Shown in pieces: positions 29,349 through 37,265 of a stretch of 64,000 nt of DNA. The stretch spans positions 29,109 to 93,108 of the forward strand of contig CAJFPC010000044.1 of assembly GCA_904398325.1 (NCBI GenBank), given 5' to 3'. Position 1 is the stretch's first letter; every line of letters starts with the position of its first letter. Position numbers and translations under genes: made by a program. The notes beneath the pieces are model-generated. The model ran no database searches, had not been told where the DNA came from, and worked only from the letters and a program-made list of their open reading frames with translations. Source of the stretch: Candidatus Neoruminococcus faecicola (GTDB lineage: Bacteria; Bacillota; Clostridia; Oscillospirales; Ruminococcaceae).

Positions 29349-29377
29349 TACCTATGCGAAAGGATGATCGAATATGC
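29349..29377 (-). promoter_or_regulatory. candidate sigma-E-type promoter upstream of spoIIM
   Basis: The minus strand reads GCATATT, N14, CATAGGTA. As I recall it, the B. subtilis SigE consensus is kmATATT-N14-CATACAhT. The -35 matches 7 of 7 and the -10 matches 5 of 8. Confidence 0.35.
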
Positions 29378-29379
29378 GC

Positions 29380-30759
29380 TTATTCCTCTGCCTGATCTGC
29401 CAGGGCGGCCTTGATCATGATAGCACATTCCAGCCGCTTTTTTTCCAACTGGCAGGAAAGGTCATGGGCCTTCAGGATATCGCCGCTGTACTGGTAGTTG
29501 TTGGCGCTGCAGCCGCCGCTGCAGTAAAACTTCGCCCAGCAGCTGCGGCACTGGGGCTTGCCGTAAACGGTGGCAGCCGCAAAGCGCTTTTTCATATCCA
29601 GATCCAGGGAGTTATCCAGCACGCTGCCCATTTTCCATTCCTCATGGCCGATAAACTGGTGGCAGGGATACACATCGCCCTGCGGGGTCACCGCGACGTA
29701 TTCGTTGCCGCAGCCGCAGCCCTTGAGGCGCTTGATGGCACAGGGGCCCTGATCCAGGTCGATCATAAAGTGGAAGAAATTAAACCAATCCTTGGGGTCG
29801 CCCTGCTTTTCCTGCTTGATCATCAGCTTGGCCAGGCGCTCATATTCGGCAAAAATGGCAGGCAGCTGACGCTCGGTCAGAGAATAGGGCTCGCTTGGGT
29901 CGGAAATCACCGGCTCGATGGAAATCTGATCAAAGCCCAGGTCCCTGAGGTGCAGCACATCCTCGGTAAAATCCAGATTGTACCGGGTAAAGGTGCCGCG
30001 CACATAATATTCCTTGGGGCGGCGCTTGCGGGCCAAATCGATCATTTTGGGCATGATGATGTCGTAGCACCCGCCGCCGTCCACCCGGCGGCGCACCTTG
30101 TTGGTGACCTGCTTGCGGCCATCCAGCGAAAGGACAATGTTGGACATCTCCCGGTTGAGGAAATTGACCACCTCATCGTTGAGCAGCATGCCGTTGGTGG
30201 TGATGGTGAAGCGGAAAAGTTTGTTGTGGCGCTTCTCCTGGCTGCGGGCGTATTCCACCAGTTTTTTGACCACCTGATAATTCATCAGCGGTTCGCCGCC
30301 GAAAAAGTCCATCTCCAAATGATAGCGCTTGGCAGAATGATCGATCAGGTAATCGATGGCCTTTTTGCCCACCTCCTCGCTCATCAGAGCGCGGCCGCCG
30401 CAATAATCTCCCGTAGAGGCAAAACAGTAATCGCAGCGCAGGTTGCAGTCGTGGGCGACATTCAGGCACATGGCCTTGATCGGCGAGGTGCTATACAGGC
30501 TGACAAAACGCTCGTAGTCATCCTCTGAAAACAGCTGCCCGGATTCCCACAGGCCGCGCAGCTCTGCGTAGGTTTCCTCGATCTCATTTTCGCTGTACCG
30601 CCCGCGCAAGCGCTCCAGCATCTCCCCTGGGCAATCCTGTGCCATAGGGGCCGACAGATGATCCAGCATCTCATAAGCCAGCTCATCCACCACGTGGACC
30701 GCGCCGCTGTTGACATCCAGCACAATATAATAGCCATTCAGGAAATATTTATGTATCAT
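29380..30759 (-). CDS. scfB: SCIFF radical SAM/SPASM peptide maturase (thioether-forming)
   Basis: Begins MIHKYFLNGYYIVLDVNSGAVHVVDE and has the radical-SAM motif CNLRCDYC. The SPASM Cys clusters are CAIKRLKGCGCG...YPCHQF and CRSCWAKFYCSGGCSANN. It lies immediately downstream of the SCIFF precursor. SD is GGAGGA. Confidence 0.9.
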   Translation of the reverse strand: MIHKYFLNGYYIVLDVNSGAVHVVDELAYEMLDHLSAPMAQDCPGEMLERLRGRYSENEIEETYAELRGLWESGQLFSEDDYERFVSLYSTSPIKAMCLNVAHDCNLRCDYCFASTGDYCGGRALMSEEVGKKAIDYLIDHSAKRYHLEMDFFGGEPLMNYQVVKKLVEYARSQEKRHNKLFRFTITTNGMLLNDEVVNFLNREMSNIVLSLDGRKQVTNKVRRRVDGGGCYDIIMPKMIDLARKRRPKEYYVRGTFTRYNLDFTEDVLHLRDLGFDQISIEPVISDPSEPYSLTERQLPAIFAEYERLAKLMIKQEKQGDPKDWFNFFHFMIDLDQGPCAIKRLKGCGCGNEYVAVTPQGDVYPCHQFIGHEEWKMGSVLDNSLDLDMKKRFAAATVYGKPQCRSCWAKFYCSGGCSANNYQYSGDILKAHDLSCQLEKKRLECAIMIKAALADQAEE

Positions 30760-30789
30760 TGGTCTGATCCTCCGTTTCCACACAACAAG

Positions 30790-30814
30790 AGAGGGACAGA
30801 TGAACTGTCCCTCT
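30790..30814 (-). terminator. hairpin between scfA and scfB (candidate partial terminator/attenuator)
   Basis: The minus strand reads AGAGGGACAG, loop TTCAT, CTGTCCCTCT, followed by CTTGTTGTGTGG. Confidence 0.45.
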
Positions 30815-30841
30815 TCACCGCACTGAGAATGGCAGAAAAAC

Positions 30842-30985
30842 TTATCTTCTGCTCTCGCACTTCTGGTTGGCGACCGTGCAGGAGGTCTTGCAGGCGGACT
30901 GGCAGGAAGCCTGGCACTCGCCGCAGCCACCCTTGATGGCGCTGGCCTTCAGGTTCGCTTTGTTGAGAGTTTTGATATGTTTCAT
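30842..30985 (-). CDS. scfA: six-cysteine ranthipeptide precursor SCIFF (47 aa)
   Basis: The sequence MKHIKTLNKANLKASAIKGGCGECQASCQSACKTSCTVANQKCESRR carries the canonical SCIFF core GGCGECQ.SCQSACKTSC. ATG 30985 follows SD GAGGTG. The track form is extended 5' by 18 codons. Confidence 0.92.
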   Translation of the reverse strand: MKHIKTLNKANLKASAIKGGCGECQASCQSACKTSCTVANQKCESRR

Positions 30986-31050
30986 GTCGTTTTCACCTCT
31001 GTTCCGGTTTTGCACCCCGCAGCAGCTGCTTTGGAGCATTCTTCTTTTTT

Positions 31051-31079
31051 ATTATAGCACAACCGCCTGGGCCATGCAA
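31051..31079 (-). promoter_or_regulatory. dedicated sigma-A promoter for scfA
   Basis: On the minus strand: TTGCAT (31074-31079), 17-bp spacer, TATAAT (31051-31056). It starts 5 nt after the upstream gene stop. Confidence 0.6.
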
Positions 31080-31083
31080 TCGT

Positions 31084-31485
31084 CTAGTGAATTTTCTTTT
31101 TACTGTTGACGCCCAGCACGCCGCCGATGGCGCCGCACAACAGCAGGAACACCAGCCGGAAAATCCCCGCGGCCCCTATTTCGCCGCCGAAAATCAGCGC
31201 GCCGCACAGGTACCATACAGCAAAAAGCACTGCCGCGCAGATCAAGCCGCAGATCAGCCCCTTTTCCCGGTTGAGCTTGGCGCAGACAAGGCCGGCCGCC
31301 AATGCCCCTATGCAGAGCGCTGCTGTCGCTGCCGGGTCAATCAAAGCGTGCGGGATATTGATAAACCGCAATAGAGCGCTGACCAGGAACAAGAGCACCA
31401 CGGAAACCGCAAGGCCGATTCCACAGGAGATCAGAATGTTTTTTACGATTTTTTCCCAACTGCTGCCGTTTGCCGGCTGCCGCAT
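31084..31485 (-). CDS. small Gly/Ala-rich 4-TM membrane protein (resembles the TIGR04086-family membrane protein, from memory)
   Basis: 133 aa with four hydrophobic segments and repeated small-residue motifs (GALAAGLV, GAIGGVLG). It sits between yajC and SCIFF. SD is GGGGAGGGG. Confidence 0.6.
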   Translation of the reverse strand: MRQPANGSSWEKIVKNILISCGIGLAVSVVLLFLVSALLRFINIPHALIDPAATAALCIGALAAGLVCAKLNREKGLICGLICAAVLFAVWYLCGALIFGGEIGAAGIFRLVFLLLCGAIGGVLGVNSKKKIH

Positions 31486-31563
31486 GGCGACCCCTCCCCT
31501 TCTTGCTTGGAACTGGTACAGCTTATGCGGGGAGAAGGCGGTTTATTTCCCCTTTGACAGGAT

Positions 31564-31860
31564 TTATTTGGAGGAATTCTCCATCGCGGTCAGGTTCTGC
31601 GCCACTGCCCAGCGGGCGATGCGGATCTTGCTGCGGTCACTGCCGGTCTCGATGACCAGGGTGTCTTCCTTCATGCTGACGATACGGCCGATGATGCCGC
31701 CGGAAGTCATGATCTCATCCGCAATCTGCAGCGTGGAACGCATCTGCTCGTTCTGCTTCTCGCGCTTTTTCTGCGGGCGGATCAGCAAAAACCAAAACAG
31801 GGCAAAAATCGCCACGATGGGGAGAAAGTTCACCATAAAATAATTCATTGTTTCGTTCAT
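31564..31860 (-). CDS. yajC: preprotein translocase subunit YajC
   Basis: Has one TM, then LIRPQKKREK...GGIIGRIV.....L.IE. Confidence 0.9.
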   Translation of the reverse strand: MNETMNYFMVNFLPIVAIFALFWFLLIRPQKKREKQNEQMRSTLQIADEIMTSGGIIGRIVSMKEDTLVIETGSDRSKIRIARWAVAQNLTAMENSSK

Positions 31861-31888
31861 ACTTTTAACCTCCTACCGTATAGGAAAT

Positions 31889-31917
31889 ATTATATCTGGT
31901 CTGTCCCTCGATTGCAA
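31889..31917 (-). promoter_or_regulatory. internal sigma-A promoter upstream of yajC
   Basis: On the minus strand: TTGCAA (31912-31917), 17-bp spacer, TATAAT (31889-31894). Confidence 0.5.
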
Positions 31918-31922
31918 GGGCT

Positions 31923-33053
31923 TTAAATTCTTTTGCTGAGGATCGGAACATATTTTTCCCGGAACTGGGCAAAAGTTCCCTCCTCCAGCGCGCTGCGGAT
32001 GCGCTCCATCAGGGTATTATAAAAATAAAGATTATGTTCCACGCAGGCGCGCATCCCCAGCATCTCCTTCGCCTTTAAAAGATGCCGCAGATAGGCCCGG
32101 CTGAAATGCCGGCAGGTGGGGCAGCCGCAGTTTTCATCCACCGGGGAATCATCCAAAAGGTACTTCTCGTTATTCAGATTGCGCACCCCCTGCCAGGTGA
32201 ACAGCGTGCCGTGACGGGCGTTGCGGCTGGGCATGACGCAGTCAAACAGATCCACCCCGCGCCAGACGGCTTCGATGATATTTTCCGGCTTGCCGACGCC
32301 CATCAGATAGCGGATCTTATCCCGCGGCATATAAGGCTCCACCGTTTCGATGATCTCATACATGACCGGGGTGGGCTCCCCCACCGCCAGGCCGCCGATG
32401 GCGTAGCCGTCCAGATCCAATTCGGCAATCTGCTTCATATGCTCCACCCGCAGATCCCGGTAGGTGGCCCCCTGGTTGATGCCGAACAGCAGCTGGTGCG
32501 GATTGATGGTATCCGGCAGGGCGTTCAGGCAGGCCAGCTCCGCCTTGCAGCGGGCCAGCCAGCGGGTGGTGCGTGCTACGGAACGCACAGCGTAATCGTA
32601 TTCGCAGGGGTTTTTCATGCATTCGTCAAAGGCCATGGCGATGGTAGAACCCAGATTGGACTGGATGCGCATGCTTTCCTCCGGGCCCATGAAAATGCGC
32701 TTGCCGTCGATGTGGGATTGGAAATAGACCCCTTCCTCCTCGATTTTGCGCAGGCTGGCCAGAGAGAACACCTGAAAGCCGCCGCTGTCGGTGAGGATGG
32801 GACGGTCCCATCCGATAAAGCGGTGCAGCCCGCCCAGCTGGCGGATCACGTCATCCCCCGGGCGGACATGAAGATGGTAAGTATTGCAGAGCTCCACCTG
32901 GCATTTAAGCTCCTTCAGGTCATAGGAGGAGATACCCCCTTTGATGGCGGCGGAGGTGCCGACATTCATAAAGGCAGGCGTCTGCACGGTGCCGTGCACT
33001 GTCTCAAAGACGCCGCGGCGGGCCCTGCCTTCGGTTTTTAGCAGCTGATACAT
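31923..33053 (-). CDS. tgt: tRNA-guanine transglycosylase (queuine tRNA-ribosyltransferase)
   Basis: Has TPAFMNVGT, DSGGFQV, and the Zn site CGCPTC..FSRAYLRHL. Confidence 0.95.
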   Translation of the reverse strand: MYQLLKTEGRARRGVFETVHGTVQTPAFMNVGTSAAIKGGISSYDLKELKCQVELCNTYHLHVRPGDDVIRQLGGLHRFIGWDRPILTDSGGFQVFSLASLRKIEEEGVYFQSHIDGKRIFMGPEESMRIQSNLGSTIAMAFDECMKNPCEYDYAVRSVARTTRWLARCKAELACLNALPDTINPHQLLFGINQGATYRDLRVEHMKQIAELDLDGYAIGGLAVGEPTPVMYEIIETVEPYMPRDKIRYLMGVGKPENIIEAVWRGVDLFDCVMPSRNARHGTLFTWQGVRNLNNEKYLLDDSPVDENCGCPTCRHFSRAYLRHLLKAKEMLGMRACVEHNLYFYNTLMERIRSALEEGTFAQFREKYVPILSKRI

Positions 33054-33081
33054 GGCCTTATCGATTCCCCTTTATCAAATT

Positions 33082-34116
33082 TCACAAGATGAGCATGGCA
33101 TCCCCAAAGCTGAAGAAGCGGTATTTTTCCTCCACTGCCACCCGGTAGGCGTGCATCACGGAGTCATATCCCGCAAAAGCGCTCACCAGCATGATCAGGG
33201 TGCTTTCCGGCAGATGGAAGTTGGTGATCAGGCCGTCCAGCACCTTAAATTCATAGCCGGGATAGATGAAAATATTGGTATTCCCCTCATAGGGCTGAAT
33301 GCCGCCGGCGAAGGTTGCTACCGATTCCAGCGTGCGGCAGCTGGTGGTGCCTACGGCGATGACCCGGCCGCCCTGCTGCTTTGTCTCGCAGATCCGCCGG
33401 GCGGTCTCTTCCGGCAGGACAAAATGCTCGGTGTGCATCCGGTGCTCTTCAATATTTTCCGCCTTCACCGGCCGGAAGGTGCCCAGCCCCACATGCAGGG
33501 TGACAAAGGCGGTGCCGACCCCCTTTTCCCGCAGCTGCTCCAACAGCTCCGGCGTGAAGTGCAGCCCGGCTGTGGGCGCGGCGCTGGAGCCCACCTCGCG
33601 GGAATAAACCGTCTGGTAGCGCTCGTTGTCCTCCAGCGCTTCGGTGATATAGGGCGGCAGGGGCATTTTACCGATTTCCTCCAGAAGATCGTAAAAATTC
33701 CCCTCATAATAAAATTCCACCAGGCGGTTGCCGCCCTCCAGGATATCCAGGATTTCGGCGGTCAGCTTCCCTTCGCCAAAGACAAACCTGGCGCCTACCT
33801 TGGCCTTGTGGCCTGGCCGGACCATCACCTCCCAGCGGTTGAGGCCCTTCTGCTCCAGCAGAAGAAACTGCATGGCGCCGCCGGTGGCCTCCTTGTGGCC
33901 GTAAAGGCGGGCAGGCAGGACGCGGGAATCGTTCATGACCAGAAGGTCCCCCGGCTGCAGCAGATCCACCAGGTCATAAAAGTGCCGGTGCTGGATTGTT
34001 CCGCTTTCCCGGCCCAGGCACATCAGGCGGGAATGATCCCGCTGCTGGGCCGGATGCTGGGCGATCAGCTCTTGGGGAAGATCATAATAAAAGTCGCTCT
34101 TTTTCATAAATTTCAC
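33082..34116 (-). CDS. queA: S-adenosylmethionine:tRNA ribosyltransferase-isomerase
   Basis: Has [15 protein letters not shown], then [10 protein letters not shown] and [11 protein letters not shown]. Confidence 0.95.
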   Translation of the reverse strand: MKFMKKSDFYYDLPQELIAQHPAQQRDHSRLMCLGRESGTIQHRHFYDLVDLLQPGDLLVMNDSRVLPARLYGHKEATGGAMQFLLLEQKGLNRWEVMVRPGHKAKVGARFVFGEGKLTAEILDILEGGNRLVEFYYEGNFYDLLEEIGKMPLPPYITEALEDNERYQTVYSREVGSSAAPTAGLHFTPELLEQLREKGVGTAFVTLHVGLGTFRPVKAENIEEHRMHTEHFVLPEETARRICETKQQGGRVIAVGTTSCRTLESVATFAGGIQPYEGNTNIFIYPGYEFKVLDGLITNFHLPESTLIMLVSAFAGYDSVMHAYRVAVEEKYRFFSFGDAMLIL

Positions 34117-34146
34117 CTGAAAACTTTAGTTTTATCGCAATATCAA

Positions 34147-34175
34147 TTGACATAACCGCCGGTCAATGATAATAT
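34147..34175 (+). promoter_or_regulatory. sigma-A promoter of the asd-dap operon
   Basis: -35 TTGACA (34147-34152), 17-bp spacer with TG at 34167-34168 (extended -10), and -10 TAATAT (34170-34175). Confidence 0.6.
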
Positions 34176-34180
34176 GTTTT

Positions 34181-34358
34181 TAAAGAAGATAGAGGTGCGT
34201 CTTTTATCAGTAGCCAGCACAAGGCCGGTCAGGGCCGTCAGCAGCGCCGGTGAAAGGAAAAGCCGCCGAAGGCAGATGGAACTGGCCGCTGTATGCCTGG
34301 TTGCTGACTCGAACAGGGCTGCAACTGTCATCATACAATGTGATGAAGAGCTATCGGC
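34181..34358 (+). promoter_or_regulatory. lysine riboswitch (L-box) aptamer
   Basis: GAAGATAGAGGTGCG matches the B. subtilis lysC leader as I remember it. The conserved blocks AGTA, GGTGAAAGG, GCCGAAGG, GGAACTGG, CTGTCA and GAAGAGCTATC follow in order. The boundaries are approximate. Confidence 0.85.
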
Positions 34359-34404
34359 AGCCGGGTGCGGCAAAACGTCAATATCTCTATTATATTGTAA
34401 TGAT

Positions 34405-34432
34405 GGCCGGTTTTCAACCGGTTTTTTTATTA
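34405..34432 (+). terminator. candidate riboswitch expression-platform terminator
   Basis: GCCGGTT, loop TTC, AACCGG, followed by TTTTTTTATT. The stem is short (6-7 bp). Confidence 0.5.
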
Positions 34433-34475
34433 CCGGTTTTAGTTTTCCGAACTGTCTGGAAGGAGTAGAAACCCC

Positions 34476-35561
34476 ATGAAACAAGATTTTAACGTCGCCG
34501 TCGTCGGCGCCACCGGTATGGTGGGGCAGCGTTTCCTCACCCTGCTGGCGCATCACCCCTGGTTCCATATCAAGGCGCTGGCAGCTTCCGCCCGGTCCGC
34601 CGGCAAGCGCTATGAAGATGCCGTAGGCGCCCGCTGGGCCATGACCACCCCCATTCCCGACGCAGTCAGAGATTTGGTGGTGCTGGATGCCGTCGCCGAT
34701 GCCGAAGCCATCGCCGCCCAGGTGGATTTTATTTTCTGCGCGGTGGATATGAAAAAGGATGAGATCCGCGCCCTGGAAGAGCGCTATGCCAAGCTGGAAT
34801 GCCCGGTGATCTCCAATAATTCTGCCCATCGCGGTACCCCCGATGTGCCGATGATCGTGCCGGAAATCAACGCCGCCCACGCGGAGGTGATCCCCTTCCA
34901 GCGCAAGCGGCTGGGCACCAAGCGCGGCTTTATCGCCGTAAAATCCAACTGCTCGCTGCAGAGCTATGTGCCCGCCCTGCATCCGCTGATGGCAGATTTT
35001 GGCGTCAAATGCGCGCTGGCCTGCACCTATCAGGCGATTTCCGGCGCCGGGAAGACCTTTGAGACCTGGCCCGAAATTGTGGATAACGTGATCCCCTACA
35101 TCGGCGGCGAAGAGGAAAAAAGCGAGCAAGAGCCGTTAAAAATCTGGGGCTCCATCCAGGCGGGGCAGATTGTGCCTGCCTCCTCCCCTGCCATCACTAC
35201 CCAGTGCCTGCGGGTGCCGGTGAGCGACGGGCACATGGCTGCCGTGTTTGTCAGCTTTGAGAAAAAGCCAACTCGGGAGGAGATCCTCGAGCGCTGGGCC
35301 AGCTTCTCCGGGGAGCCGCAGCGTCTGGGCCTGCCCAGCGCGCCCAAGCAGTTCCTGCATTATTTTGAAGAAAACGACCGCCCCCAGACCCGTCTGGACC
35401 GCAACCTGGAAAACGGCATGGCCGTCTCGATCGGTCGTCTGCGGGAGGACAGCCAGTATGATTATAAATTCGTCTGCCTTTCTCACAATACGCTGCGCGG
35501 CGCGGCCGGCGGCGCGGTGCTGATGGCAGAGCTACTGGCGGCCAAGGGCTATTTAGACTGA
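34476..35561 (+). CDS. asd: aspartate-semialdehyde dehydrogenase
   Basis: Has the Rossmann motif VAVVGATGMVGQRF, the active-site Cys context (SNCSLQS), and HNTLRGAAGGAVL. Confidence 0.93.
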   Translation: MKQDFNVAVVGATGMVGQRFLTLLAHHPWFHIKALAASARSAGKRYEDAVGARWAMTTPIPDAVRDLVVLDAVADAEAIAAQVDFIFCAVDMKKDEIRALEERYAKLECPVISNNSAHRGTPDVPMIVPEINAAHAEVIPFQRKRLGTKRGFIAVKSNCSLQSYVPALHPLMADFGVKCALACTYQAISGAGKTFETWPEIVDNVIPYIGGEEEKSEQEPLKIWGSIQAGQIVPASSPAITTQCLRVPVSDGHMAAVFVSFEKKPTREEILERWASFSGEPQRLGLPSAPKQFLHYFEENDRPQTRLDRNLENGMAVSIGRLREDSQYDYKFVCLSHNTLRGAAGGAVLMAELLAAKGYLD

Positions 35562-35578
35562 ATATGAGGTGTTTTTAG

Positions 35579-36466
35579 ATGAAAAAGACCATCTTTACCG
35601 GCTCCTGTGTGGCCATCGTCACCCCGATGCAGGAAGACGGCTCCATCCATTATGACCGGCTGGGCGCCATGCTGGAGGAGCAGATCGCCGCGCATACCGA
35701 CGCGGTCTGCATCTGCGGCACCACCGGCGAATCCGCCACCATGTCGGATGAGGAGCATATTGAGGCCATCCGCTACACCGTCAAAAAGGTGGCGGGCCGC
35801 ATCCCGGTCATCGCCGGGGCCGGCAGCAATCATACCGATTATGCGGTGTTTCTTTCCAAAGAGGCCAAGGCGGCCGGCGCAGATGCGCTGCTGCAGGTGA
35901 CGCCTTATTACAACAAAACCTCCCAGCAGGGGCTGATCGATCATTTTTATGCCATTGCAGATGCAACCGATCTGCCGCTGATCCTCTATAACGTGCCCAG
36001 CCGCACCGGGGTTGCCATCAAGCCGGAAACCTATGCCCAGCTTGCCAAGCATCCCAATATTGTGGCCGCCAAAGAGGCCTGCGGGGATATTTCTGCCATT
36101 GCGGAAACCTTCCGCCTCTGCGGGGACCAGCTGGATATCTACTCCGGCAACGACGACCAGATCGTGCCGATTCTGGCGCTGGGCGGCAAAGGCGTCATCT
36201 CGGTGCTGGCCAATGTGCAGCCCAGGACGGCGCACGACATCTGCCAGCTGTTCTTTGACGGGAAGGTGCGGGAAGCCGCCCAGCTGCAGCTGGACAGCCT
36301 GCCGCTGATCCATGCGCTGTTTATGGAGGTCAACCCTATCCCGGTCAAGGAAGCCCTGAACCTGATGGGCAAGCAGGCAGGCCCGCTGAGAAAGCCGCTG
36401 GCTCCGCTGTCTGAGGCACAGCGCCAGGTGCTGCGCAGCGCTCTTGAGGCTGCTCATCTGCTGTAA
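35579..36466 (+). CDS. dapA: 4-hydroxy-tetrahydrodipicolinate synthase
   Basis: Has GTTGESATMS, then PYYNKTSQQGL and LYNVPSRTG. Confidence 0.93.
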   Translation: MKKTIFTGSCVAIVTPMQEDGSIHYDRLGAMLEEQIAAHTDAVCICGTTGESATMSDEEHIEAIRYTVKKVAGRIPVIAGAGSNHTDYAVFLSKEAKAAGADALLQVTPYYNKTSQQGLIDHFYAIADATDLPLILYNVPSRTGVAIKPETYAQLAKHPNIVAAKEACGDISAIAETFRLCGDQLDIYSGNDDQIVPILALGGKGVISVLANVQPRTAHDICQLFFDGKVREAAQLQLDSLPLIHALFMEVNPIPVKEALNLMGKQAGPLRKPLAPLSEAQRQVLRSALEAAHLL

Positions 36467-36488
36467 TGATAAAAAAGGGGACGAAGGA

Positions 36489-37250
36489 ATGACAAGGATT
36501 ATTTTATCTGGCTGCAACGGCAAAATGGGCAAGGTGATCGCCGCCTGTGTCAGCGACCGGGAAGACGCCGCCATTGTGGCGGGCATCGACCTGAATACGG
36601 AAAGCGACGGCAGCTATCCTGTTTATGCCACGCCGCAGGAATGCTTCACCCAGGGGCCCAAAGCAGACGTGGTCATCGATTTTTCACATCCGTCGGTCAC
36701 CTGCTCCTTAATGGATGCCGCTGTGGCCGCCAACCTCCCGGTGGTGATGGCCACCACTGGCCTGGGAGAAGAAGAGCTGGACGCTGTCCACCGGGCGGCG
36801 AAGCAGATCCCGGTATTCTCCTCCGCCAATATGTCGCTGGGCGTCAACCTGCTGGTGGAGCTGGCCAAAAAGGCGGCTGTGGCGCTGGGTATCGAGTATA
36901 ATATCGAAATCGTCGAGCGCCATCACAATCAGAAGGTGGATGCCCCCAGCGGCACCGCCATGATGATTGCGGATGAGCTGAAATCTGTGGTGGATTTTGA
37001 TGCAGAATATGTTTATGACCGGCATCACGTCCGCAAAAAGCGCGACCCCAGGGAAATCGGCCTGCACGCCATCCGCGGCGGCACCATTGTGGGCGACCAC
37101 GAGGTGATTTTTGCCGGGCGGGATGAGATTCTCACCCTCTCCCACAGCGCGCGCTCAAAGGATATTTTTGCCACTGGTGCCATCAATGCAGCGGTCTTCC
37201 TGTCTAAGCAAGGCAAAGGCCTTTACGACATGGGGGATCTGGTAAAATAA
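36489..37250 (+). CDS. dapB: 4-hydroxy-tetrahydrodipicolinate reductase
   Basis: Has GCNGKMGK, then ERHHNQKVDAPSGTA and RGGTIVGDHEVIFAG. ATG 36489 follows GGGGACGAAGGA. Confidence 0.92.
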   Translation: MTRIILSGCNGKMGKVIAACVSDREDAAIVAGIDLNTESDGSYPVYATPQECFTQGPKADVVIDFSHPSVTCSLMDAAVAANLPVVMATTGLGEEELDAVHRAAKQIPVFSSANMSLGVNLLVELAKKAAVALGIEYNIEIVERHHNQKVDAPSGTAMMIADELKSVVDFDAEYVYDRHHVRKKRDPREIGLHAIRGGTIVGDHEVIFAGRDEILTLSHSARSKDIFATGAINAAVFLSKQGKGLYDMGDLVK

Positions 37251-37265
37251 AAGGAGGAGCTCTCT

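Noticed and set aside
34174-34479. ORFs of 101 and 72 aa (34174..34479 and 34250..34468) upstream of asd.
   Set aside because: They lie entirely within the L-box riboswitch and its terminator, and they have no SD.
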